A stretch of DNA of 64,000 nucleotides, taken from contig NC_086097.1 in assembly GCF_963921235.1 (NCBI RefSeq), positions 199,146,001 through 199,210,000 on the forward strand. The letters run 5' to 3'. This DNA comes from Mobula hypostoma. Lineage: Eukaryota. A program made the translations under genes and the position numbers. The stretch's first letter is position 1. Every line of letters begins with the position of its first letter. Positions 23,361-36,535 of the stretch are shown here, one piece after another. The notes below the pieces were generated by a model. That model was given only the letters and a program-made list of their open reading frames with translations. It was not told the DNA's origin and did not search any database.

Positions 23361-24675
23361 GCACCCATACCACTAGGACCATAGCTTTTCTGTTCCTTAT
23401 CAACCAACCAGCACAGACTGATGCTGATTACCTAGGGCCATCCAAGGGCCATCTTCGGCTTCCTTACAAAAAAGTCAACAGGTCGACAGCAGCCAAGCCA
23501 TGACAATCAGGAAAGAATCAGTTAGGATCAGCGGGCGAAGCAAAAGTGAGAGATATTGACAAAAGTTCTGCCAGAAATCTAAGAATAACATCTTCAGGTT
23601 TGGCATTATTGGAAGAAAAAATAACTCACTTGCATTTCCCTCTTTCTCAATTCTGTCAGAAGAGCTCAGACTTGAAATTTTGACTGCTTCTCCTTTCTCA
23701 TGGATGCTGAGTTTTTCCATCATTTTCTGTTTTAATTTCAGATGTCCAGCATCTGCAGTTTTGTTCTTGACTTTCATTTACCACAGAAATAATTCAATCA
23801 TGTTCTCAAAGCTTCGTTGACAAACTGAAATAGCACAACAGATTCACGGGATTCATGGCCATGCAAAATGGAGAAGGAACATAAGGATTAGCAACAAGAA
23901 CTTCAAGTTCATGCATTGAGAGCACTGAGAAACCCAGCCTGCCATTCATCTACTTTGTGTTTCCTGCCCCATTGTAGCCAATATCTGTGGTTCCCATATC
24001 GGCCTCTTCATCTACAGTATTTGAGATTCATAAATGAAGCAGGTCATCTTCGATCCCAAGAAGAAAAATAAAATTTTACTTGCTGTTTTGAAAGAGAGTA
24101 CTTCAACTGCACTTTAGAAGTGACAGCGGAAGTTTATGAAGTAATACACAATGATAAAAAGCAATTGAGCGTAGCCAATTTAAAGCACAGATTCCAATAT
24201 GCTATCCACGCTGAATTGTCAAATGACATTTTCAGGATCATTGTAAAATCTTTCAGCTGCAAAAACAATGGAATATGATGGGGGAAGTGTGAATACTCGG
24301 CTGTAAACAAAAGAATAATAGATACATTTTGAAATATTGTCTTAATGTTGAAAGCTTAATTGAGTTTTAAGAATGAACAGATGAACTGTGGAGATACGTA
24401 TGTCATTCTTACTTTAGAAATTCAGTTCCATTTAGATCAGTGGAAGAATTTGAATGAGTACAGTGTGTTGTCTAGAATACACTGCATATGCAAGACACAA
24501 CTGGTACCCAAAAAATATTCTAATCACTGGACTTCACCCTTAAGTGGAGAGAATGTTGGTAAATGGTTCTGAGCAATTTAGGCTATTCTAAACTGGAGGA
24601 TTTGATTTGCCTTTCTGTTCAATATTCAGCTTCAAAATCGCAAGCCAGAATTCAAAATTTTGATACCCTTTTGTA

Positions 24676-24866
24676 GCATGTGCTACCAGGCCACGAGGAA
24701 ATGATATGATTTGGCGATATGAAACAATATGAGTCAGCTGCACCCTTCCTCATTCCCTGTCATGCACTGTTGAACTTGAATACACCCCCACCTCCGGTCG
24801 GCTGGTCTGCAAGAGTATTGTCAATATTAAACCGGTCCGCGGTGCTGAAAAGGTTGGGGACCCCTC
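24676..24866. mobile_element. hAT-Charlie-like MITE fragment
   Basis: Ends ccggtccgcggtgctgaaaaggttggggacccct, a Charlie-type TIR. The other end is not recognisable. Confidence 0.55.
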
Positions 24867-25314
24867 CTTTAGCCACCTATCTAGGCACTCATCTAAGAGA
24901 AGTTTGGATAACTACATGGATGGAGGGTTATGGAGGAGATATTATCTAGGTGCAGGTTGTTGGGGTTGGGGGGGGGATGATATAGAGGCCTATTGTCCAG
25001 GTGAGGGCTGATTGGACATGGCAGAATAACAGTTCAGCTCAGACCTGATGGACCAAAGGGCCTGTATCAGTGCTGAAGTACTCAATGACTCCTTTACTCC
25101 CTACAGTTGGAGGCACAAAGAATTTCCAGTCTAGTTCTTTATTAAAACAGGATCCAAAGCAAGTTTGCATTCAGAAACTTCCATTTTTGAAGGGCCTACT
25201 CTGCATGTTTGCCATTATCTGTTGATTTTATCGGTTTGCAGCATTCATTGTTCTTTTTATTTTGAGCAGGAAGTGAGCTATGTGAATACCATACAATAGA
25301 AACATAGCACTGTA

Positions 25315-25615
25315 GGCCGGCTGGTGGCGCAAAGACATCAGTGCTGGACTCCGGAACGAAGGTTCCTGGGTTCGAATCCAGTTGGGGCCGCTCCCGAGTA
25401 CACCTTCCATCCGTGCCGGGTTGAGTGTCGAGATTGCAACTCGACCTCGTAAAATAAAAGGGAAAAATATTGCAAAAATGTCTGTGTGAGGAGTGGCGTG
25501 TCAGTCTCTCTCTCGCTCCGCGACTTGTAAAGGCATGAAAGAAGACAACGTGCCTCCGACATCGCACACACACGCACAGGCAGATGCACATGCAAAGACG
25601 CGCATGCTAAAAAAA
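25315..25615 (+). mobile_element. tRNA-derived SINE with poly(A) tail
   Basis: A-box-like TGGCGCAAAGAC and B box GGTTCGAATCC. A-tail. 16-bp TSD AGAAACATAGCA(C/G)TGT (25298-25313, 25616-25631). Confidence 0.88.
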
Positions 25616-28600
25616 AGAAACATAGCAGTGTTCGAGCTGTAGTGTTCTGATTTCTATGATCTGCGCTGCAGTATATCCCATGGGAGAAATATTCTCGGTG
25701 TTGGTAATTTTATACTGACTTCATGCCACTTGTCAATTTTTGCAGGGCTGCCATGAAAATATACAGTGTTAATGCCAACTTGTGTCCAGTCAGGAAACAG
25801 TTGTAATCAACAGAAGTAAACCTGTAGTTTCTGGCATCATTAAGTTTACACACCACTTCTGCTATGCATTACATCTCGACAGGGTTCTAATATATCTTAC
25901 AGATATCTGACAATCCTTCATTTCTCTGTAATATGGGCAGAATTTTGTGTATATAGCACTGAATTTCTAATCTTCATTACATCCTTAGGTATGACAATAC
26001 CCTGCTTGTGGTATGCACAATATAGTTTTACAGCTTAGTAAACTTAGTCTTTGGCTGTTCTGCAGAGAATTTCCAATCATTTAATCAGTTACTCACATGT
26101 GTTGGACAGTATATTAAAAAAGCTTATCTTTTTCTGATAGGCCGGTTTTCAATTGTAATAATTCATTGAGTCCTAGAGCACAGAAACAGGCCATTTAGCC
26201 TATCAAGTCCCTATCTATATTATTCTCATTTCCCAGCACATCTATGTGTTGGTGATTTAAAGGCTCCTCTAGATAACTTCTATATAATATAAGATTACCT
26301 GCCTTCTCTTTCTGGCAGTGCATTCCGGAGTCCAACCATTTACGTGTCAACGTTCTTCCACAGATTCCTTCTAAACCATTTAATATTTATTCCCAACCTA
26401 TGTTCTTTAGTTTCACATATTTCTGAAATGGAGAGAAGCTAGTGACAATTTATTCCACCTAACTGCATGCGACTCGCAGCATTTTAATGCAGCATCGAAT
26501 TCAGGATTTCCAGGATTATACACAGGAACTTGGAAGGGTGAAATTTGCTGACAACTGTTCACCAGCATTTGCTGATGGTATTCTGATAGTGGACTCAAAT
26601 TCCAATGTAAGAACACAAAGACACAAAGAGCAATCCAGTGAAGTAATTCATGCCAGGAAATTCATCTGTTGAATTCACAGAGGAGAATAGCAGTCAGGAA
26701 TTGAAGCGTGAATATTTCAGTGTGATTTAAAAAAAGATTGACTTTTATTTGAATGTTTTAAGAGGTTTTAATTGATTAGATTGTTATTTTTAGATATGTA
26801 TCATTTTGAAGCTTTTAATACCATACTAATTTTTAAAGGTTTGGATATTTTTCAAATGTTTCAACATTTTCTAAATGCCAGAAGTATTCCATGTTTTTCC
26901 AGCTCTGAGAGCCAGCTAGACTTGGGGAAGTGCTTGACATAGTACTTCTTGGCATTTTCATGAGTGGAGCATGATCTGGTTGCAGCTTGATGTTGTAATT
27001 TATGCATAGGAAGGCCAGCCATCACAGAGGGACTTGCCACTGAGGATCTGGCAAGTTTCTATTCTGGAATTTAACAAAATCAAAACAAGCTTAAACTGGA
27101 TATCACTTGGGAAGCTCAGTGCTGATTTAAAACCAAGTCCAATAAAACTGCAGGAGGTTGTCTATACAAATATATTTCAATGAATATTTTCAAGAACCAA
27201 ATCAATTATTAGGTTCCAAACTGTTGCCTGATTACATTACTTCATGGCTAATTTGACAGTCAATGATTTTCAACTGCATTTGAGCAGAAAACGGAACAAA
27301 AATTCATTTCAGGAAACTAAAACAATGTTATGAAAAATTTGTTCAGTTGAGGCTAATTATTTGTGAACTGTAAACACCAGGCAAAAATGCTCATTCCATT
27401 ATACTATGATTCCTGCATGGTACATTGTATGCAGCTTATTTAATGGTAGGTACTACCTTAAGAATTTTCTTTTCAAATGTATGCTTTCTTTATAGAATGC
27501 ACAGTAATTCAATATTCTTTTCATTGCCTTCATCTCTCTATGAAGTATATGAAGTATAGTTGCTTGCAGTATTTACATTACAACAACATGCCTTCAAATT
27601 TTCAGTCCCCAACTTTCATCAGTGATGTTTCAATTGTTGTTATGCAGGGAAACCTCCCTGTGTCCATTGGTATGAGATTCCTATGCTCATGTATTTCCTT
27701 AAGAGCTGTATCACATGGACATCTGCTTGCTAAGTTGTTGCAATGTTGTCTTGTGTCAGAGGTCCACCTGAACCTGTGGAGAAAGACTCAATAAGAGGAT
27801 GGTTCCATTTTGCTTTTATCTAATAATATTACCTGTTAATTATTGGCCATTTTACCTGCATATTAAAGAAGAAGTAATAACAAGACACATATCTGCTGCT
27901 CTCTTTCTGATCAAGTCTTCTTGTTCCGACAGTCCATTCTGGAATCACTGAATTTGTTCTTAGTAATGCAAGCTCATGGCAAGTAATAAATTGATCTGAA
28001 AGGCAACATTTCAACAGAACAACAAGATTGAGAAACATCAAACCTACTGGTACATGATATGGATGATCTTGGAGAATTTCCAGAGGCTTCATTATATATT
28101 TGCAGTGAAAACTAGTGCCCACTCTGCCCATTAATAATTGGCTCATTATTAATGGGTGTGTGGGGAAACAGCATGTAGCTGCACCCCACAAAGCTTGGGG
28201 CCTTCTTTATGGCTCAAACAAAACTAAACTGTTTGTACCAGGTATAGCAACATGGTTAAGATAAAGTAAAACAATAAAAGTTAATTCCCAAATATAATCA
28301 GAGTAAAATAATCTAAAAACAGATTAACTGTTGATTTTGAGAAATTAACTTTTATTGTTTTTTATTTATTTTAAAAATGATCAGAAAACTTAATTCTAAG
28401 ATGAAGCAGAATAATTTACAAGAAATTAAAGGATTGACATTCATGGTGTTCTGTCTGTGCAGAGGTTAATGCAGTTCAATCAAGTTAGATTAAGAAACTT
28501 CGTGGGAGAACATTTAGTGTACTGGGCAGATTTGGCAATAGGGTTCATTTCCCCTCTATGACATTGATAAACTTCCGAGGGTGACAATGTTGTAGATCAT

Positions 28601-29179
28601 TATGAATACAATATCTTTTGAGATTCTTTTGCCCTGATTTGTCCTTTGAGTGCCCACCTGGATGCACAGTATTCAGTATATATGATTAGGTGGGCATTGT
28701 TCGTGCAATGCCAATATTAAGCTACATAAAGGGGTAGATAAATCTATATCTATTGTTTTTGTATCCTCGCGAGGGCAGTGAATTGCATACATACTACTGT
28801 CTAATGCTCTTGCCATTAATTATTACGGGTGAGTTCCTAGACAACAGCATATAGCTGCAACACTTGTGGCCATAGCTGTCTTTGTCATGAAGACAAAGTT
28901 AATAATTCAGCATCCTGGTATTTTGGGTCAACATCTCTCTCCATTGTATCTAAGGCCTGAGGTACCGAGGGCACAAAGTTGGCCCTAATACCTTGCTGAA
29001 TATTCTTCTTAAATTCAAATCACTATTGTTTTTGTGTATGCTTGTGGATTGATGGACTCATTGAGTTTCGGAAACAAAACATTTGGAAGATGCATTTCAT
29101 GCTGGCTCATTCCAAATTATCTGTGTGTGGCCACCGGGGGGGGGGGGGGGGGACATCATTATTGGAGGACTTTTACATG

Positions 29180-29925
29180 TGCCCAATGGCTTCTCATTCC
29201 CACACCAACCTGTCTGTCCTCCACTGCCAGGGTGAACCCCGATACAAACTCAAAAAAAAAGAAAACAACATTTCATATTTCATCTGGGTAGTCTCCAACC
29301 CAATGATATGAATGTTTAAGTTTTCCAATTTTGGGTAACCTTTACCTCCTGTGTTTTCCCCGTACCCACCTATCCTATCCATCTCAGGTCTTGCTACTTT
29401 TGTCTCTTTCCCTCCCTTATCTAGTTCTATCTGCCTGCCATCTCACCCCTAACAGTTGCTATTATTAATCTCCTTATTCACCAGAATCCAGCACGGGTAG
29501 CATATTGTGTTCCTGTCTATCATCCTCTAGCATGTGTTTGACTTTCACCCTCACCACACCCAACACTAATCCCCCACCCTGGTTCCATCTGCCCTTTATC
29601 TTCTCTTGATTGCTTCTATCTATCACTCACTGCATTTGTTTCCCAACCCTACACCTCTCCATTTCACACCTGGATCCATCAGTCCATCCTCCATCACCCT
29701 GTAATAGAGTACCTATCACCTACTGGCCTCTGTCTCACCACTCCCCTCTTCTCTTTATCCTGGCTATGTTCCTTCTTCCCTTTCAGTCCTGATGCAAGGT
29801 CTTGTCCCACAGTGTAGACAATTATTTTCCTCTCTCCATTCTCCTTTCCCTCAAAAGATGCCACTTGATCTGCTGAATTTCTCTAGCAAATTGTTTAGTG
29901 TTCCAACTGGAGTCTCTTGTATCTT
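29180..29925 (+). mobile_element. Old Penelope-like 3' fragment
   Basis: Homologous to 620-765 (catctgggtagtctccaacccaatgatatgaa). Pyrimidine-rich UTR and eroded hammerhead at ~29785-29820. Confidence 0.7.
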
Positions 29926-30070
29926 CAGATAAATATCTGACATTAATATGGTTCAGAATCAATGTAAATGGCTCCTCTCCTACTTGGAAGTGTTGAAAAT
30001 ACCACTGTGACATTTTCAAAATGATAATAAAACGTGTGTTAAGCTAATTTGATTAGATATAAAACGGTGA

Positions 30071-30316
30071 CCCGGCTGGTGGCGTCGTGGCATCAGCGTT
30101 GGACTTCGAGATGAAAGATCCCGAGTTCGAATCCGAGCTTTCTATCCGTGCTGGGTTACGAGCTGGTGACCTCTTTGGAAACTCACCCAGCGGAAGGTAA
30201 TGGCAAACCACTGCTGTAACTTGCCTCGTACGCAGTTCCCCACTACATCAGAGAGGCATGGAGGGAGATCGTCCGCTAACCGGAGAAACTCCAGATGCGA
30301 TGTACCTTTCCTTTCC
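30071..30316 (+). mobile_element. tRNA-derived SINE with RTE-like 3' tail
   Basis: Head homologous to 25315 (ccggctggtggcg...gttcgaatcc...tccgtgc). Tail ggaaggtaatggcaaaccactgctgta resembles RTE/BovB 3' ends and finishes (CCTTT)n. Confidence 0.75.
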
Positions 30317-31029
30317 ATCAAAAGTAGCATTTATTTAATTTATATATTTTTATTGGCAGAATTAATTACTTAATAATATTACTCTTCAATTTCTGACTGA
30401 TCCAAGACTTAAAGTTCAGTGCCAATAGGATTTGCTGTTTTGTTTGCTCTGAGGGCTGCAAAGAACTCTCAGAGTTGTTCTTTTAAAATGAACAAATAAA
30501 TTGTTTTTTTTCCTATTGGATTGGTTATATGTGAATGAGCATGAAATTTAGAAAAAGATTTTTGTTTTCTAGTGTTGGAGCAGTGATTAATCAGCAAATC
30601 TTCTAATCCTTTCTTATGAATCCCTATTAAAAGGCACACACTTGACTTGATGCAATCAAATATTACTCATATTTTTGGCATGCATAAATATTTCATTACT
30701 TTCTGACATATTTTGGCATCAGATGGAATTATTGTGTCAGTTAGAACATCTCAAGGCACAAGTGTCTCTTATTAAGCATGGTTCATTGAATGCAAACTGC
30801 ACATTATTTTCCAATATCCTTCCCTTTCCATAGTGCCACATCAAACAAAGAACTAAAGTAAAACCTCACACAAATGAGCTTTGTGGAAAATCAGTACAGA
30901 GAGCCAATTGACCAACCTTAGCACAGAACATTTTGAAGAAAATTAAAAAGACTTGCTTTCATACAAAGAATTTCATGTCTTTTATTTTGGGACATCTCAA
31001 TATGCTATGCAAACAATCAAATACCAAAG

Positions 31030-31128
31030 TAAACAACAGGAATTCTGCAGATGCTGGAAATTCAAGCAACACACATCAATGTTGCTGGTGAATGCAGCAG
31101 GCCAGGCAGCATCTCTAGGAAGAGGTAC
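31030..31128 (-). mobile_element. Penelope-like 3' terminal fragment
   Basis: Near-exact reverse complement of 1125-1222. Confidence 0.85.
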
Positions 31129-32819
31129 CAAAGTCCAAAGTCATTGTATTGACCCCCATCCACAAGACTTTAAGATCTAGCCCACTACAGTGGTGTCATC
31201 TGCACATTTTAAATGGAGTTAGGGCAGGGAGTACAATAAGGGGCTGAGAAAGCAGCCTGCAGGACACTTGTTTTGGGATTAATCATGAAGGAGATGTTGT
31301 TGACTATCCTTGCTGATTGTTATTGGTTGATCTGGAAATTAAGGATCCAGTTGCAAGTGCTGCAGAATTCTAACCCAAGGAGGTTTTTTGGAATTAGAAT
31401 GTTGAAGGTGGAGCTATGGTGGGTCTCCAACTTGCTCTGGTATTATTTCTTAGCATCCTCGATGGCATTACCAAGTTTGTGCCTGATTTCCTTTATAGGT
31501 AGAATCACCAAATTTGAATGCCTGAGACCTGGGAGAGAACTCCTCTTTTCATACATGGTTTCCATTTGGGAAACACTAAGATTGACAATAGTATATTTAT
31601 GTCACTGTAAAACTTAGGCAAGACTACAGTAGTTCATACCCAGCAAACTCTAATGTCAGGTTAATGTATTTTAACGATGTTGATTAAGTGTCAAACATTG
31701 ACCAGTGCACAGAGGATAACTTCTCTGTGGCACTATTTTGGTGTAATAGTGTCATTGGATCTTTAATATCTACAGGCATGTGAAAAGCTTTAATGTAGTT
31801 TCTTGCTCAAAGGCTGATTTTAGAGAATATCATTTATTTATTTATCCAGTCTTGATTATATTTAGTATTAATGTAAAATGGATCCTTTCAAAAAGCATAA
31901 TGTTTCTAATGTGAGACAGAAATAGGATGGTTTATACTTATAACAAAGTACTAAAACAGGATATCTGCGACCAAACTCCGTTCAAAGCCTTTCATGACAA
32001 TACAATGCAACATTCAGCGATGGGCAGCATATACTTAAGGAAGTTTCTTCATTAACTGTTAGAGCAGCAACACTCAGTGTAGCATCCATGAAAAAAGGAA
32101 ATAAGGTAATTAATATTGTTCAAAATACACCATATATCTTGCACATAACCCTGCTTCAATTTTATTCAATTTTGCATGAGTTGATTGAAAACATTCTGTG
32201 CCATTATTCATGATAGCAGCATGAATACCAGCTTCTTGCAAATCGTTTACTGGGGCATCGATATTTTGGACCTCAGCAAAACTAACTCTAGATAATGTGC
32301 TGCTTACATAAATTAGAGTTAAGAGGGAAAAGTTTGTAGGAAGTCTGCAAGACGAGTTGTTTTTAAAGGTACTACCCGGGGAGCTAGCATATACAACAGG
32401 TCATTTAAAAGGCATTTAGACAGGCACATGAATAGGCAGGGGTGAAGGGATGTAACTTGTGTGCAGGCAGAAGTGATTAGTTTAAATAGGCACCATGGTC
32501 AACAGAGATGTCCTGGGCTTGAGTGCCTGTTCTTGTGCTGTACTGTTCTATGTCAGGAGGGCAGAAGTGGGATTTACTTCTTCAACACCATCAGATGTGT
32601 GACTGATGCTGGTATCAATGGAGCAATCAGTCTCAACGTCAGCCGAGATTTCTGTGCTGAAGTCTCTTGAGTAGTATTTGAACTGAAAACTTTAAGGCCA
32701 TTAAACTGGTTTGACTGAAAGAATAAAGCACTATCCAATGTGTCACCTAGTTGTAGAATTTCACAGTAGGAACCATCTTTGACCAACGAATCCTTTGAGC
32801 ATTCTCTTTCAATAGTACC

Positions 32820-33000
32820 ATTTTATTCTCCCCACAGATTCCACTACTTAACTGCATTTACCAATTTACAATTAACCTCCCAAATTGCACATTTTTGGGA
32901 TATGGGAAGAAACTGGAGCACTCAGAGGAAACCCACGTGGTCACAGGGAGGATGTGCAGACTTCACACAGATATTATCTTAGATCAGTGTTGAAGCCGGG
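32820..33000 (-). mobile_element. V-SINE-type fragment
   Basis: gggaagaaactggagcactcagaggaaacccacgtggtcacagggag is the reverse complement of the V-domain core. Confidence 0.7.
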
Positions 33001-33489
33001 CTCATGTGTTATGTGTGTATTAGACAGCAGAGCAGGGGGTAAGCATAAAGCATTGAGGTTCAGCTGTGCTGACTGTCAACAAGGAGGCGACGTTACCAAA
33101 CCCCACTGAGTGAGGTCAGCCGATGTGGAAGCTGAGCTCAGTTGCAAAGGGAGGAAAAGAGAACCAGGTCGTGAAGCTTAATGGTGAGTGGATGGGATAA
33201 TTGCGTTCAACACCAGGCCGTGATCAATGAACAGAATCCTGGTGTCCTTGTTAGGGATTATTCTGGAGTTATGAAATTATGGATAGCATAATTATGCATT
33301 AACTAAAGTGAGAACCAGTCTTCAGGAATTAAAACAGTTTAACTTCCAATGATATTTTGTGGCTAGTGAAACTAATCATTGGGTGTGGACATCTGATTCT
33401 GTCCTATTGAAGCTCTCTGGGGAAAGGCATTAGATAAATATTCCTGCCATTAAAGTTTATCCCTGCTACTTAAGGTTCCGTTCAGACAG

Positions 33490-34300
33490 ATCTGTTTCGT
33501 CACTTAACCTTCTGGTTAGTCACGAGTTCATGGAGTCAGGGTAGGACTTTCACAGTGAATACTAAGACTCTGGGAAGAGATACAGAACAGATGAAACTAG
33601 GAGAACAAGTACATAGTTCCCTGAAGGTGGAATCACCAATAGATAAAATAGTGAAGAAGCCATTTGGTATACTGGCTATCTTCACTGAGTTAGAAGTTGG
33701 GATGTTATGTTGCATTTGTACAAGATGTTCCCAAGACCACACTTGGAGTATTGGAGTACTTTGAACACCCTGTGAGAAGATGTCATTGAGCTGAAAAGAG
33801 TCTAAAGAAGATTTATAACAACCTTTCCAGGACCTGAGAGTCTGAAATATAAAGGGAGGTTGGGCACGCCTGCATGCTTGGACTTAAGTCCTTGCAGAGT
33901 TGAACTCTGAAAAAAACCTCGTGGAGGTGGCCGAGAGGGCCTGTTTCTGTGCTGTAATTGTTATATGGTTATAGTTATAGGTGTATAAAGTTATGAGCGA
34001 TGTAGAATGAATGCACACTATTTGTTTCCCAGGGAAAAGGAGTCAAGAATTAGACGGGCAACTACTTCATACAGAAGGTGGTATGTAAGTGGAGCAAGCT
34101 GCCGGAGGAGCTGGTTGAGGCAGGTACAATAACCACATTTAGGAGACCCTTCAGTTAATAGTAAGGCACCAAGGCATAAAAAAAGGTTGAGAATTCCTGA
34201 TTTAGAGGGATGTGGGCCAAACACTGGTAAAGAGGACTGGTCTGCACGGATGTATTGGACTATAAGGTCTGTTCCTTTGCTGTCTTGCTCTATGATTCTA
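33490..34300 (+). mobile_element. Degenerate CR1 3' portion
   Basis: QVHSSLKVESPIDKIVKKPFGILAI, agaccacacttggagtattg and CR1 tail remnants. Confidence 0.7.
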
Positions 34301-34942
34301 ATATGCTTATATGAGTTTTCAATTTTTATTTTCTAACAATACAGTTTAATATACTGCTGCTAAAATTATGTTTTCAATCTTTTCAAACTGCTTTCCATAC
34401 ATTGGTTCCAGTGATGATCCAGACTTTGCTGCCAAATATTAGGGACATTAGTAACAATTCACTCACTTTTACTGAAAGTGTAAATCACTCAGCAACTTAC
34501 AGTGAGGAAAGAAAACCCTGTGAATGTGAAAAGGCCATGGGGATCATTTTCCATTTCGATGTTAAATTACAGCTGGCTCTGAAACCCTCACCAGCACCTG
34601 AATTTCACAAAATTGTAATTAAGCACTGCAGAAAGTTAGGAATGTTATTTAATAACGTAAGAGTATTTTAATGAGAAGTATTTTGTTTCCCCAGTGATTA
34701 ACTTCCATTAACTTTCATTCACAATTCCAAAAGGATTAGTTCCAAACCATGGAGTTTCATTTCTTATGTTATTAAATAGTGGTGATTTTGTAAATTTTAC
34801 AGTTTTTTTTTCTATCACTGTTTGCTCCTTCTTAAGCCAAATGTGGATAAAGTGGTACAGTTGCATGGAAGGTGCTGTGCAGGTAGACAAAGTTCAAAGG
34901 CCACCATGAGGTAGTCTGAGAGATCCAGTGTTCAACTCCTAA

Positions 34943-35672
34943 AGGCTGATTTATACTTGTGCATCAAATGTACGCCACGGGTACGGTGTAGCTGTGTACC
35001 CTACGCTGTACTGTACGCCAACCCTACACCGTAGCCTAACACGCACCTCTCCCAAAATGTAACTACGCGTCACAGCGATGCAGATCGAACAACTGTGATT
35101 GGTCCGCTTGGTAGCATAGCTTCCTACTGGGTGACTGAAGGGCAGGGAAGGAACTCCAGCTGCAATGCTTTCCATAACACTTTACAGACCTCTGAAATTA
35201 TGGAGGACACTGTGCTTGATGACAGCTTGTAGCTAGCTGCTACAGCCTGTTGACTTCCACCTGAGGTTAAAACTCAAATGGTGATTGCCAGTCTCTGAGT
35301 ATACTGTATGTATACTGATGCAAAATAAATGGTTGGAGATGATGAACCAATTCGTCAAACCTACCTGCCGACATCCGAAAATATTTGAAATGCATTTCCT
35401 CGTCCATGTCTCTCAGTGGCCGGACAAGCACAGAAAATTCATCCTCCTTCAGTTTCAGTCGCCATTGTTTGAAGTTTGAGTTTCTTCGTGTTGAGTTTCA
35501 ACATGAAGAGACTCAACACAGTGGCATAGAAACCCCACCACCAACTAGCGTTTTGGCGGTGAATTGCAGAGAGACGCAGACACACCAGCGCACAAGTATA
35601 AATGCTCACAACAGCCTAGCCCACTTACGTAGGCTGCGGCGTAAGCTAGTACGCACAAATTTAAATCAGCCT
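34943..35672 (-). mobile_element. PIF/Harbinger DNA transposon, internally deleted
   Basis: TIRs AGGCTGATTTATACTTGTGC and GCACAAATTTAAATCAGCCT. TAA TSD on both sides (34940-34942, 35673-35675). Confidence 0.88.
35115..35448 (-). pseudogene. HARBI1-like Harbinger transposase N-terminal remnant
   Basis: [32 protein letters not shown]...[43 protein letters not shown]. Not captured by the ORF track. Confidence 0.8.
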
Positions 35673-36535
35673 TAACATATCATGGTCCATTCAAAGGTCT
35701 ATCCTTAAGCCTGGTGGTACATTTTCTCAGGCTTTTGTATATTCAGCCTGACAGAAGTGGGGAGAAGAGAGAATGAACGGTGTCAGGTGTCCATGATTAT
35801 ACTAGCTGCTTTCCTGAAGCAGTGGGAAGAGTAGACTGAGTCAGTGGAGGGGTGGTCAGTTTGCACGATGGTCTGGGAAGCAATCAGAAGTATTGGCAAT
35901 TTCTCGTGGTTTTGGGCACAACAGTTGCCACACCAAACTGAAACACATATGGACAGTTTGCTTCCTATGGTGAATCTGTAGCATTTGTAATAGTTATCTG
36001 AAACATACCAAATTTCCTTAGTCTTCTGAGGAGAAAGAGGCAATGTTGTGCTTTCTAGGCTGTAGTGTCACAGAACTTGACCAGGACGAATTTTTGGTGA
36101 TATTTGCACCTAGAAACTAAGCTGCGAACCACCTCCACTCCCAGTGTGCTGCCTTAGTAGTCAGTTATTTTATTTGTCATTTAGCACCCTTTGCTGGTGG
36201 TTTTGTATTGCAGTCATTTAGGTCATGTGATCTGTGTCTCTAGTTGATGACATCATCAGTAGGCGTCAAGACAGTTCTCCATGTAGAGTTGAGGGAGAGC
36301 TTGTGCCTTTTCATCTGACATCATCCTGACGTTCAGGTCTTTGAAAGCATTGTCGGTTATGTAAAAGTAATCTTTGTGTTTATTATTTATTGATGTATAT
36401 GCATATTTCCACAAATCAGAGATATTTGAATGGTTTGTGTGCAGATGGAATATTCATGAGGGCCACATGTTCTGGCTAACCTGTAGTGAGAAAATGTGCA
36501 TAAGATGCATAAGATACATTATATGTAGCAACGTC

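Larger units (their letters stand above)
34860..36135 (-). mobile_element. Rex1/Babar-type 3' portion, host of the Harbinger insertion
   Basis: Homologous to 22800-23350 (PSTDSVYSSHCFRKAASIIMD). Confidence 0.65.

Noticed and set aside
25315..25390. tRNA gene (also 30071-30135)
   Set aside because: A/B boxes are present, but there is no complete cloverleaf or Pol III terminator. It continues into a SINE body, and the 25315 copy has a TSD.
29783..29822. Active hammerhead (also ~16280-16320 and ~23650-23685)
   Set aside because: Core nucleotides are mutated (CTGATGC, no GAAA). These are only eroded Penelope remnants.
36140..36535. Possible solo LTR split by the CR1 (continuing 38718-38945)
   Set aside because: It interrupts a Rex1-like element, but I could not identify TG/CA termini or a TSD.
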